DNA from: Patescibacteria group bacterium | GTDB taxonomy: Bacteria; Patescibacteriota; Minisyncoccia; Phycocordibacterales; Phycocordibacteraceae | Length of the DNA: 64,000 nt | Direction of reading: 5' to 3' | Assembly: GCA_019744845.1 (NCBI GenBank) | Contig: JAIETW010000002.1 | Coordinates: 5,759-69,758 of the forward strand | Shown: in pieces, positions 1 through 9,062 of the stretch | How positions within the stretch are numbered: position 1 is the stretch's first letter | Layout of the letters: each line of letters begins with the position of its first letter | The notes under the pieces: model-generated | Databases searched by the model: none | The model's input: the letters and a program-made list of their open reading frames with translations, nothing else | What the model was told of the DNA's origin: nothing | Made by a program: the position numbers and the translations under genes

Positions 1-225
1 AGCGGAAGATCCTGTCTTTTCCCACGCAAAGATAATTCGGTAGGAGTAGTTAACGGAAAAACTTAAATATCCTTTTAGCTCACCTTTCAATTTATGTACC
101 TTGAGAGTTGCGTGATTCTTTGGATCTTTAAAGAGTGCAATCTTCTCGTGAGCCTCTTCTTGGAGAGCAGCCGGCAGTTTCTTGAACTGGCGTAGAAACG
201 AAGGTTTATAGCCAAGTGCAATCAT
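1..225 (-). CDS. RelE/YafQ-family type II toxin (partial; runs off window start)
   Basis: Own translation from ATG at 225, which overlaps the antitoxin stop (TAATG): MIALGYKPSFLRQFKKLPAALQEEAHEKIALFKDPKNHATLKVHKLKGELKGYLSFSVNYSYRIIFAW. F..Q.KKL, HKLKG.L.G and SFSV..YRIIF are the RelE/YafQ pattern. Confidence 0.85.
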   Translation of the reverse strand, partial: MIALGYKPSFLRQFKKLPAALQEEAHEKIALFKDPKNHATLKVHKLKGELKGYLSFSVNYSYRIIFAWEKTGSSA

Positions 226-434
226 TAATCAAGTTCCTTAAGGATCTTGCGCAGGTCGCCGCGGAGAGTGGGCTCACGTTCTGCCCCTAGCACTACACGA
301 ATCGCTTCTTCTTCTGCGAACTTTTCAAGTGCGCGGCGCATCACGTCAGAACGATTACTACCAACACCACTGGCAACCAAGTCATCAAGACGCTTCTCAA
401 GCTTGGCGGGGAGGGGGACAGATACAGTAGCCAT
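225..434 (-). CDS. Ribbon-helix-helix antitoxin, 69 aa
   Basis: MATVSVPLPAKLEKRLDDLVASGVGSNRSDVMRRALEKF is an RHH/CopG pattern. It is translationally coupled to the toxin. Start moved from 536 to 434. Confidence 0.8.
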   Translation of the reverse strand: MATVSVPLPAKLEKRLDDLVASGVGSNRSDVMRRALEKFAEEEAIRVVLGAEREPTLRGDLRKILKELD

Positions 435-461
435 AGATATACTATTAATTAATATGATAAT

Positions 462-490
462 ATCATACACGTATGATGACCAAAGGTCAA
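462..490 (-). promoter_or_regulatory. Sigma70 promoter of the TA operon with palindromic operator
   Basis: TTGACC (490-485), 17 nt, TATGAT (467-462). Inverted repeat ATCATAC-ac-GTATGAT (462-477) covers the -10. Confidence 0.7.
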
Positions 491-541
491 GAATAGTACC
501 GCTTGTGTGGATGGCAGCAGAAACCCTATAATCCATAGATT

Positions 542-1111
542 ATGGATCCCCTCGCAAAACTGTTCGGTACCCCAGTGCGTTTGAAGCTCCTTAGACTCTT
601 CCTCTTTAATGCAGAAAATACATTCACGGTCGCAGACGCCGCACAGCGCAGCAAGCTCAGCAAAGATGCAACCAGAAAAGAAATAAACGCACTGGTCGCG
701 ATGAAGGTGCTTCGCAAGAAGGGAAGTGCCGCAAAGGCAACCTACATGGCGGATATTCGCTTCAAACACTTTGAAGCATTGAAGTCTTTCCTTCGCGCAA
801 CGACCGGCATCTCTGATACGGATGTCGTCGGAAATCTCCGCAAGGCAGGTGCGCTCAGATTGGTCACGGTCACGGGTCTTTTCACCGGTGCCATTGAACC
901 AAAGATAGATTTGCTCGTGGTAGGGGACCGTTTGGATGATCGTTCTCTCGGACAGATCGTCCACAGCCTTGAAGCAGAGCTCGGACGTGAGCTCCGCTAC
1001 GCTTCTTTCTCTACGGAAGAGTTCCGCTACCGCACTGGAGTCTATGACCGCCTTCTCCGGGACGTCTTTGACTACCCCCACCGCACCATCCTGGACCGCA
1101 TAGGGGCATAA
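542..1111 (+). CDS. wHTH plus degenerate nucleotidyltransferase-like protein (CPR-type)
   Basis: N-terminal LFGTPVRLKLLRLF wHTH; C-terminal GLF...IDLLVVGD is MNT-like. TATAAT at 527-532. Confidence 0.6.
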   Translation: MDPLAKLFGTPVRLKLLRLFLFNAENTFTVADAAQRSKLSKDATRKEINALVAMKVLRKKGSAAKATYMADIRFKHFEALKSFLRATTGISDTDVVGNLRKAGALRLVTVTGLFTGAIEPKIDLLVVGDRLDDRSLGQIVHSLEAELGRELRYASFSTEEFRYRTGVYDRLLRDVFDYPHRTILDRIGA

Positions 1112-1204
1112 CCCCGCTATCCCCAGAGGGGGATTCCGCGGTCCTAGAGCTTGCTAAAATTAAGCTCGTACCAGTAATAACGCAGTTAACCGCTACAAAA
1201 CACT

Positions 1205-1891
1205 ATGTTTCTTAACCAATGGGCGGATGTGCTTTCATTGTCCTTCATGAACTTGTTCGCAGGACTTGTGGCATTCATCCCACAGCTAGTAGTTGCAGTC
1301 ATCATCTTCGTCGTCGGTTGGCTTATCGGAGCTATGCTCGGAAAGCTTGTCGCACAGGTGGTTTCGTCTCTTCGTGTTGATCAGGCCCTCCGCGCCGCAG
1401 GCGTAGAGAAGGTTCTTGAGCGCACCGGATTCGCACTTAACTCAGGCGCCTTCATCGGCATGCTTGTGAAGTGGTTCTTTATCGTTGTCTTCCTCGTGGC
1501 CGCACTTGATGTGCTTGGTCTTACGCAGGTAACGATCTTCCTCCGTGCGGTTGTGCTTGGATACCTTCCAAACGTAATCGTTGCGGTGCTTATCCTTCTC
1601 GTGGCGGCAGTTGTCGCCGACGCCGCACAGCGCGTCGTAGCGGGCGCCGCTCGTGCAGCACACTTGAAGACCGCGAACCTTCTTGGTTCTGTGGCACGTT
1701 GGTCTATTTGGATCTTTGCGGTCCTTGCAGCCCTCGCGCAGCTTCAGGTTGCCACTGCGTTCGTGCAGACTCTCTTCACAGGAGTTGTGGTTGCCCTTGC
1801 TCTTGCCCTCGGCCTTGCATTTGGTCTTGGTGGACAGACGGCAGCAGCCGACTACCTCAAGCGAATGCGCGAGCAGATCTCGGACAAGTAG
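1205..1891 (+). CDS. Conserved TM-helix repeat / MscS-TM (CmpX-like) membrane protein
   Basis: Two repeats (FIPQLVVAVIIF / YLPNVIVAVLIL); C-terminal ALALGLAFGLGG. Confidence 0.75.
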   Translation: MFLNQWADVLSLSFMNLFAGLVAFIPQLVVAVIIFVVGWLIGAMLGKLVAQVVSSLRVDQALRAAGVEKVLERTGFALNSGAFIGMLVKWFFIVVFLVAALDVLGLTQVTIFLRAVVLGYLPNVIVAVLILLVAAVVADAAQRVVAGAARAAHLKTANLLGSVARWSIWIFAVLAALAQLQVATAFVQTLFTGVVVALALALGLAFGLGGQTAAADYLKRMREQISDK

Positions 1892-1910
1892 TCCCTCGCA
1901 TTCAGAGCAC

Positions 1911-1936
1911 AAAAGCCCCGTATTTCGGGGCTTTTT
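1911..1936 (+). terminator. Intrinsic terminator (probably bidirectional)
   Basis: AAAAGCCCCG-tattt-CGGGGCTTTTT. Confidence 0.8.
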
Positions 1937-1981
1937 GCTTTCTCATTGTTCCTTCACTGCGTCGCGTGGTACCATTTATGT

Positions 1982-2113
1982 ATGAAAGATTTCCTTGCCC
2001 GATGCAAGAAGATGTTCTCAAAAGAGAACACAAACACTCGCGATGTAGAGAGTGTTATTAAGCGCGTAGACGAACAGGTCGGACGCGCGGTTACTCGTCT
2101 AGCTGATCGCTAG
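1982..2113 (+). CDS. Small putative antitoxin of Doc, 43 aa (not in ORF track)
   Basis: MKDFLARCKKMFSKENTNTRDVESVIKRVDEQVGRAVTRLADR*. Stop TAG overlaps the Doc GTG. The C-terminal RLAD helix resembles Doc antitoxin ends. Confidence 0.6.
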   Translation: MKDFLARCKKMFSKENTNTRDVESVIKRVDEQVGRAVTRLADR

Positions 2114-2619
2114 TGATTTACTACATTCCTGAAACTGTTCTTGCCGCGGTCTTCAGCTTCGTAAGCGAGCGGTATTCTCAGGCAGAAGAAGTTCCTCGGT
2201 ACAAAGAAGAAAGAGGGTTTCCACAGTTTTGTGGCGTGCTCACTCAGGTGCGTTCAGACACCTACTACCCCACACTTCTTGATAAAGCGGTCTACTTGCT
2301 TGTAGGGATCAACAAAGGGCACTTCTTCTCAAATGGAAACAAACGTCTCGCACTCGTGGTGACGACATTCTTTCTTGGAATGAATGATTTACAGCTACGT
2401 AAACGCGATAAAATCTGGTACCAGTCCGTCTTGGGAGAGCTATTTCCCGAATACCAGTCTTGGGAAGATTTTGCAGACTTTACTCCTACTGACTTTGCGA
2501 CCTATAACCTTTCAATTATGGTTGCCGACAGCAGTACACATGGGGTACCGCATGATGAGCTGAAACGGAGAGCAAAAGCCTTCTTTGAGGTTGCAACTGA
2601 GCCATATCAAGGGAGCTAG
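2113..2619 (+). CDS. Fic/Doc family toxin (Doc type)
   Basis: YPTLLDKAVYL and HFFSNGNKR, the Doc variant HxFx(D/N)GNKR. Confidence 0.85.
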   Translation: MIYYIPETVLAAVFSFVSERYSQAEEVPRYKEERGFPQFCGVLTQVRSDTYYPTLLDKAVYLLVGINKGHFFSNGNKRLALVVTTFFLGMNDLQLRKRDKIWYQSVLGELFPEYQSWEDFADFTPTDFATYNLSIMVADSSTHGVPHDELKRRAKAFFEVATEPYQGS

Positions 2620-2663
2620 GCACTGTCCCCAGTATCCCCAGGGAAGGGGGCCAGGGCCCATAT

Positions 2664-2692
2664 TTGACACGGGTTTTCGCCTGGGGTACAGT
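2664..2692 (+). promoter_or_regulatory. Promoter of the 23S-5S unit
   Basis: TTGACA (2664-69), 17 nt, TACAGT (2687-92). Confidence 0.8.
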
Positions 2693-2770
2693 AGCCCCTA
2701 CGTGTCTACGAACCTAAAGACCACTACCAAACGAAGCGGATAGCCCGTAAGGGCTTCAGGTGTCACAAAC

Positions 2771-2830
2771 ACCGCCGCTTCTGCGGCGGTTTTTATTTCG
2801 CCGAGACACGAGTTCGTTGACAGATGAATA
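2771..2830 (+). promoter_or_regulatory. rRNA leader hairpin plus boxA-like element
   Basis: ACCGCCGC-ttct-GCGGCGGT followed by a T run, then GTTCGTTGACAGATGAATA, which resembles GCTCGTTGAAAACTGAATA in the 16S leader. Confidence 0.55.
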
Positions 2831-3146
2831 CGCAAAAGGTAATCAAGCCCGTTCCTGAAATATGGAGCGGGTGCGAAGTGCAAATAAAATCACAAAGTAA
2901 ATAAAGTTAATGTGGTGTTCAGGTTTCCGCACAGGAAACATGAAGGGTGCGCGGTGGATGCCTAGGCTTAGAACAGCGATGAAGGACGCGATTAACCGGC
3001 GAAACGTTTCGGGGAGGTGGTATTTAACCTTTGATCCGGAAATATCCGAATGGGGAAACCCAAGTCCAAGTGACTTATCCTGCTTGCAGGATGCGAACCT
3101 CGGGAAGTGAAACATCTCAGTACCGAGAGGAACAGATAACAAAAAC

Positions 3147-3195
3147 GAGTAGTGTTCCGTGCGAACGTTATGTTCGTTCGTATGGAACACTACTC
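3147..3195 (+). other. Hairpin insertion (IVS or expansion segment) in 23S domain I
   Basis: GAGTAGTGTTCCGTGCGAACG-ttatgtt-CGTTCGTATGGAACACTACTC: 21-bp stem (2 G-U) where E. coli has only a few nt. Confidence 0.75.
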
Positions 3196-3468
3196 TCGTG
3201 ATTCCCTTAGTAGCGGCGAGCGAAACGGGAAAAGCCCAAACCAGAATCTTCGGATTGTGGGGTTGTAAGGCAGAAGCACCATACTTGTATGGCAAGAGTT
3301 ACAAATGGTTCATATAGTGGAAGCTGCTGGGAAGCAGCACCCTAGAGGGTAATGGTCCCGTACACGAAATATGTAACCGCTCTTGTGCTTCTGTTCTTGA
3401 GTAGCTCGAGACACGAATAGCTCGAGTGAATCTGCCGGAACTAACCGGTAAGGCTAAATATGTTCTAA

Positions 3469-3514
<46 letters not shown>

Positions 3515-5612
3515 GAGAGGGGAGTGAAATAGAACTGAAACCGCGCACTTACAAAGGGTCACGGGGGGCTATAAGTCCTTCGTGGCGTGCCTATTGAAGA
3601 ATGAGCCTGCGAGTGTATGTATGTCGCTTGGCTAAGTCCGTAACGGGACGTAGCCGTAGGGAAACCGAGTGTGAATAGCGCGTCTGTGTCATACATACGA
3701 CCCGAAGCAGTGTGAGCTTGCCATGAGCAGGGTGAAGTTTGTCGAAAGACAGATGGAGGCCCGAACCCGTAGATCGTACAACGTCTTGGGATGACTTGTG
3801 GTAAGGAGTGAAAAGCTAATCGAACACTGTAATAGCTGGTTCTCTCCGAAACATCTTTTGGGATGGCGTCATGTGATCCTTCCGGGGGTAGAGCACTGGA
3901 AGGGGCAAACAGGGAGAAATCTCGTTGTCCCTATCAACCTCCGAATACCGGAAGTCTACAGCATGGCAGTTAGACCATGGGGGCGAAGCTCCATCGGTCA
4001 AAAAGGGAAGAGCCTAGATCGCCAGTTAAGGCCCCAAAATCGACACTGAGTACAACTTAAGGAAGTGAGGATCCTTTGACAATGAGGATGTTGGCTTAGA
4101 AGCAGCCACCATTTAAAGAAAGCGTAACAGCTCACTCATCGAGGGTCCTTGCGCCGAAGATAATCGGGGTTAAGTGTCGTGCCGAAACTGCGGGCACGGG
4201 CATCCTTCGGGATGTCAGTGCGGTAGGAGAGCGTTCCGTTCTGCGATGAAGGTGAAGGGGTGACCCACACTGGAGCGTACGGAAGTGAGAATGCAGGTAC
4301 AAGTAACCACAATGCGGGTGAGAACCCCGCACGTCGAAAGAGCAAGGTTTCCGCAGCTATGATGATCATCTGCGGGTTAGTCGGGCCTAAGGGGATGGCG
4401 AAAGCCGCACCCGATGGACACATGGTTAATATTCCATGACCGAGCATATGTGCGATGGAGTGACGGACTGCTGTACCGTGAGCCCACAATTGGATGTGGG
4501 TCCGTGCCATGAGGGGGTGTATTAGGAAAATCCGGTACACACTACTCCAAGTGGAGCGGCAATTTTCTTCTTCGGAGGAAGAGAGTCAAGGGAGCGCGGT
4601 TCCAAGAAAAGCTTCTAAGCTTCAACATATGCCGACCGTACCGAAAACCGACACAGGTGCTCGGGTCGAGAAGACTAAGACGAACAAGTGAGAGGTCCTC
4701 AAGGAACTCGGCAAAAAAGCGGCCGTAAGTTAGCGATAAGGCCTGCCCATAGCAATATGGGCCGCAGCGAAAGACTCCCTGGCAACTGTTTACCAAAAAC
4801 ACAGCTCCCTGCGAACTCGTAAGAGGATGTATAGGGGGTGACACCTGACCAATGCCGGAAGGTCAACTACGGAGGGTACCCAACTTCGGTTGTGTGCTGG
4901 ACTGTATAAGCCCCGGTGAATGTCGGCGATAACTATAATCGTCCTAAGGTAGCGTAATTCCTTGTCTGGTAAGTTCAGACGTGCACGAATGGTGTAATGA
5001 CTGGGGAACTGTCTCGAGGACTCGCTTGGTGAAAATGCACTACCGGTGAAGATGCCGGTTACCTGTAGTTAGACGAAAAGACCCCAGGAGCTTTACTACA
5101 GCTTCGTATTGGGGCTGCGTGATTCATGCGTAGCATAGGTGGGAGACTTTGAAGCGTACCTTTCGGGGGACGTGGAGTCGCCAGTGAAATACCACTCTTG
5201 AATTGTGCAGTTCCTAACCGATGTATAGAACTACATCGGGACCGTGCGTGGCGGGTAGTTTTAGTGGGGCGCTATCCTCCTAAAAAGTAACGGAGGAGTC
5301 TATTAAGGTCCTCTAGGCGCGAATGGAAACCGTGCCGATAGTGTAATGGCATAAGAGGGCTTAACTGAAAGACGTACATGTCGATCAGATGCGAAAGCAG
5401 AGCATAGTGAACCGATGGTCCGCCTTAGATGCGGCCAGAGATTAACGGATAAAAGTTACCCTGGGGATAACAGGCTAGTTCCGCCCAAGCGTCCATAGCG
5501 ACGGCGGAGTTCGGCACCTCGATGTCGGCTCACCTTAGCGCGGGGCTGGAGAAGGTCCCAAGCGTTTGGCTGTTCGCCAATTAAAAAGGTACGCGAGCTG
5601 GGTTCAGACCGT

Positions 5613-5936
5613 TCAGGTATTGATCTTGTATCAATACTTGAACCCGTCTGAATCCCACGAGATATTGTTATCAGAATACTAAGAATGTTTTTTCGTCTAT
5701 AAAAGATTTGCTTCGTTCGTTAATTAAGTGCAGACGAAGTAAGGAACCAACTCATATTGCGGCGGTCATGTGTAGGGATACACAATGACATTACTGACTT
5801 ATATCGGAAGAACCCCATGCGGGCGATTCCGAGGGAAGGCCAAAAGCCACCCGTAGAGACTGAACGTCAGTCACGAAGAACTCGTGAAGTAACAGTCCGA
5901 TCCTCCAAGTAATTGGAGTATATAAAAAACGAAATG
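5613..5936 (+). mobile_element. Group I intron at the E. coli L2593-equivalent site, 324 nt, no homing endonuclease ORF
   Basis: Splits the conserved TTCAGACCGT|CGTGAGACAG. 5' exon ends in U and the intron ends in G. IGS GCGGTC (5762-67) pairs with GACCGT with a U-G at the splice site. P3 ACTGAC/GTCAGT; P7 GAGACTG...CAGTCC. Confidence 0.9.
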
Positions 5937-6312
5937 CGTGAGACAGGTTGGTCTCCTATCTACTACAGGCGTTGATTCTTGCGGAGGGTCGTCCCTAGTA
6001 CGAGAGGACCGGGATGAACTGACCTCTGGTCTGCCTGCTGTCACGCCCGTGGCATCGCAGGGTAGCTATGTCGGGTTTAGATAACTGCTGAAAGCATATA
6101 AGCGGGAAGCTAGCTCCAAGATAAGGAATCGTTGAGACACCTTGAAGATTACGAGGTTGATAGGTTCTAGGTGTACGGTCAGTAATGACTTCAGCCGAGG
6201 AATACTAATATGTCGAGTTTTCTGTGCGGAATTCTGTGCGTCACATAACTTTATATGTGTGAATTTGCACCTTTTGCGTATTTTCTGTCATGCACGCTAT
6301 AAACGCGCGTAT

Positions 6313-6425
6313 GACGCTGGTGATTTATCGGAGGGGCCATACCCGTTCCCATTCCGAACACGGCAGTCAAGCCCTCTTGAGCCGATGGTACTCCGAAAGG
6401 GGGAGAGTAGGTTGTCGCCAGCGTC
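6313..6425 (+). rRNA. rrf: 5S rRNA
   Basis: CCCGTTCCCATTCCGAACACGGCAGTCAAG, GATGGTACT, GAGAGTAGG; terminal stem GACGCTGG/CCAGCGTC. Confidence 0.95.
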
Positions 6426-6473
6426 ATGCGCGTGTTTTTGCATATATAGGGTCAGTGCTACGATATTTCGTAT

Positions 6474-6755
6474 ATGTCTTACATCCCTGAAACAGAACGG
6501 TTTCGACACGACCCAGAACGGCACGTGATCTTTGCGTCACAGCGAGAGAAAGACGATACGCTTGATCAGGCGCTTGAGACCATCCGTGTGAAGAGGATTG
6601 ACCTGGAGGCGGCGTTGGAGGGCAAGGATGACGCTCGTATTACAGAGGCGAGAGCGCAAGTTACGGCTGCAGAAACATTTTTTGAAGACATGAAGAAGGG
6701 GGTTGTCGTGCCTCCACTGGCGACTCCTTCCTGGAGGAAGCCAAAGAAGAAATAA
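6474..6755 (+). CDS. Hypothetical charged coiled-coil protein
   Basis: 93-aa ORF; TGC-TACGAT 9 nt upstream; basic C-terminus. Confidence 0.6.
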   Translation: MSYIPETERFRHDPERHVIFASQREKDDTLDQALETIRVKRIDLEAALEGKDDARITEARAQVTAAETFFEDMKKGVVVPPLATPSWRKPKKK

Positions 6756-6779
6756 GAGGATTTTGCTATACTGTTCCCA

Positions 6780-7130
6780 ATGAAACGAAAGGGCATAGAT
6801 CGTCTGCATGCGGTGATTGAAGAACTTGATGGCCATGAGGACATGGACGGCGTTGAGAGATTCTATACGCGCGATGGCCAGCAGGCCGCGCTTCGTCGAG
6901 CAGAAAAGTATCTAGAAACGCTCCGCGCATTTCGTCCTAAAACACCCGAAGAGGTGCCTGCATGGGATGCGCTGTTAGTGGAATATGCGGATAGGGTAAA
7001 GCGCATTAAAAAAGCAGGCGAGAAGCTTGAGCGACTCGCTTTTGATAGTGCTGAAGAAAAAAAACGTGCGGTAGAAAGGGTAGAGATATTGCTTCGTCGT
7101 CTCAAGGACGCGCCTGTCGTGAAAGAGTAG
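6780..7130 (+). CDS. Hypothetical helical protein
   Basis: 116-aa ORF; TGC-TATACT 7 nt before the ATG; terminator follows. Confidence 0.65.
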   Translation: MKRKGIDRLHAVIEELDGHEDMDGVERFYTRDGQQAALRRAEKYLETLRAFRPKTPEEVPAWDALLVEYADRVKRIKKAGEKLERLAFDSAEEKKRAVERVEILLRRLKDAPVVKE

Positions 7131-7131
7131 C

Positions 7132-7154
7132 CACTCCCATATTGGGGGTGTTTT
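7132..7154 (+). terminator. Intrinsic terminator
   Basis: CACTCCCA-tat-TGGGGGTG-TTTT. Confidence 0.6.
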
Positions 7155-7170
7155 CGTATATACTGTCCCT

Positions 7171-7935
7171 ATGTCATGGGCAATGCGAAGACGGGGAATC
7201 GTAGCCGCCATCATCATTGTGGTTCTCGGCGCCGTAGGAGTGTGGGGGTATTACGCATTTTTGTATGACGCGCCATCGTGTAGCGACTTCCGCCAGAATC
7301 AAAACGAAGAGGGGGTGGACTGTGGAGGAGTGTGCGACAAGATTTGTGATGCCACGCTTGCCGTTCCACAAGTTGCCTTCGTGCGACCAGTCGTGAGCGG
7401 TCCGGGACGCTCAGATGTCATTGCATACGTAGAGAATCCAAACTTCTCTGCAATGGCAGAAGATGTGGCATACACAGTGGAGTTGTTTAATAGTCAGAAC
7501 ATTCTCGTTGCAACGAAGGAGGGAGTATTGGATCTGTATCCGAAGCGTAATCCGCTTTTCATTCCAAATCTTTTCTCTGGAGAGGAGACGACTCTTCGTG
7601 CCTTTCTTACTCTGGATCCAGATACGATTGAGTGGTTTGACTACGAGGATACGCGCGTGACCATGAGCGTGCGAGATGTGCGGGTGGAACATGCCGACAC
7701 CTTGCCGCGTATCTACGCCACCATTGAGAACCCGTCCTCAACCAACTCATACAAGAATGTGCCGATGGTCGTAACGGTATTTAACGAAGAGGGGAATGCG
7801 ATCGCCGCATCGCAAACAATCATCCCTCAGTTGCGCGCAGAGGGAACGGCAGAGGTTGTGTTCACCTGGAATGCACCATTTTCCGAAACGGCCGTGCGTC
7901 AGGAGTTCATACCGATTCTCCCTGATCCATCATGA
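7171..7935 (+). CDS. Membrane-anchored protein with Cys-rich C.D..QN..E..VDCGG.C motif and two FxLYD-like Ig domains
   Basis: N-terminal TM; CSDFRQNQNEEGVDCGGVC; VENPN / IENPS...VVTVFNEEGNAI. Confidence 0.65.
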   Translation: MSWAMRRRGIVAAIIIVVLGAVGVWGYYAFLYDAPSCSDFRQNQNEEGVDCGGVCDKICDATLAVPQVAFVRPVVSGPGRSDVIAYVENPNFSAMAEDVAYTVELFNSQNILVATKEGVLDLYPKRNPLFIPNLFSGEETTLRAFLTLDPDTIEWFDYEDTRVTMSVRDVRVEHADTLPRIYATIENPSSTNSYKNVPMVVTVFNEEGNAIAASQTIIPQLRAEGTAEVVFTWNAPFSETAVRQEFIPILPDPS

Positions 7936-9062
7936 GTGAGCTTGGTGCACGTGCCGTTTCTGGGCTGCAGAGTTCATGGACGCTTCTTGCGATTCCGATC
8001 GCGCTCTCACTCCTCGGTGTCCTTACCATGCACACCTTTGGGGAAGGGTCATTTGCACCGCGCCAGCTGCTTTGGATCCTTCTTGGAACGATTGTATTCA
8101 CGGTGTGCGCATCACTTGATATGCACTTCCTCCGGCGTACGCCGGTGATTGTTGCGGGATACCTTGGCGCACTCGCGCTCTTGGTGCTTGTACTTCTTAT
8201 CGCGCCGACTATTTCTGGTGCGAAGTCATGGTTCTCCTTTGGTGCGTTTTCATTCCAGCCTGCAGATCTCGCAAAGCTCGTGATCATTGCGCTTATGGCG
8301 AAGTACTTCTCGCGACGGCACATGGAGATTGGTCACGTGTGGCATATCATTCTTTCGGGTATCTATGTAGCGATTCCTATGGGCCTGTTGTTGTTGCAGC
8401 CCGATCTTGGAACGGCGGCAATTATCGGCGCGGTGTGGTTTGGGTTGGTGCTGGTTTCCGGTATTTCAAAGAAGCACTTGGCAGTGGTGTTTGTGACGGG
8501 CGCAGTGGCGATTGCAGGACTCTGGACGTTCGGGCTCCATGAGTATCAGCGTGAACGTATCGTGTCCTTCCTTAACCCTGCGGCCGATATTCATGGAAGT
8601 GGGTACAACGCATATCAGGCGGTGGTGGCAGTGGGCTCAGGGGAACTTTTTGGAAAGGGTATAGGCTACGGCACGCAGAGTAAGCTTCGCTTCCTTCCTG
8701 AGTACGAGACCGACTTTATCTTTGCGGCATTTGCCGAGGAATGGGGGTTTGTGGGGGTTGTGTTCGTATTCACCTTATTTGGCCTTCTCTTCCTACAGCT
8801 CATTCTCATCGCGCGACGTGCCGCGACAAACTTTGATGCCTTGTTTACGATCGGCGTCTGTATTCTTTTGGCAGCGCACCTTTTTATACACGCCGGCATT
8901 AACCTAGGGCTTCTTCCGGTGACGGGCACTACGATTCCGTTCATGAGCTACGGAGGCTCGCACATCCTTATGGAATTTGCAGCGCTCGGCGTCGTCGCAT
9001 CGCTTGCGAAATACGCACGTAGTGTGCCGCGCGGGATGGCAGGGCAGGAGTTCAGTGGCTAG
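7932..9062 (+). CDS. rodA: SEDS peptidoglycan polymerase RodA/FtsW
   Basis: GAKSW, FQPADLAK, LQPDLGT, YQRERI, GSGELFGKG, LPEYETDFIF, TGTTIPFMSYGGS. Confidence 0.9.
   Translation: MSELGARAVSGLQSSWTLLAIPIALSLLGVLTMHTFGEGSFAPRQLLWILLGTIVFTVCASLDMHFLRRTPVIVAGYLGALALLVLVLLIAPTISGAKSWFSFGAFSFQPADLAKLVIIALMAKYFSRRHMEIGHVWHIILSGIYVAIPMGLLLLQPDLGTAAIIGAVWFGLVLVSGISKKHLAVVFVTGAVAIAGLWTFGLHEYQRERIVSFLNPAADIHGSGYNAYQAVVAVGSGELFGKGIGYGTQSKLRFLPEYETDFIFAAFAEEWGFVGVVFVFTLFGLLFLQLILIARRAATNFDALFTIGVCILLAAHLFIHAGINLGLLPVTGTTIPFMSYGGSHILMEFAALGVVASLAKYARSVPRGMAGQEFSG

Noticed and set aside
449-1081. Long antisense ORFs (449-1081, 13649-14449, 41096-42061, 43351-44241, 44187-44525 and others)
   Set aside because: Shadows of well-supported genes on the opposite strand.
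2771-2798. Independent sRNA ending at a terminator upstream of the 23S
   Set aside because: An equivalent hairpin plus boxA-like element precedes the 16S, and 2701-07 pairs with 2804-10 across the hairpin. It is better read as rRNA leader structure, though attenuation cannot be excluded.
5613-5936. Homing endonuclease in the intron
   Set aside because: The 324 nt are mostly ribozyme core and hairpins; no LAGLIDADG or GIY-YIG ORF fits.
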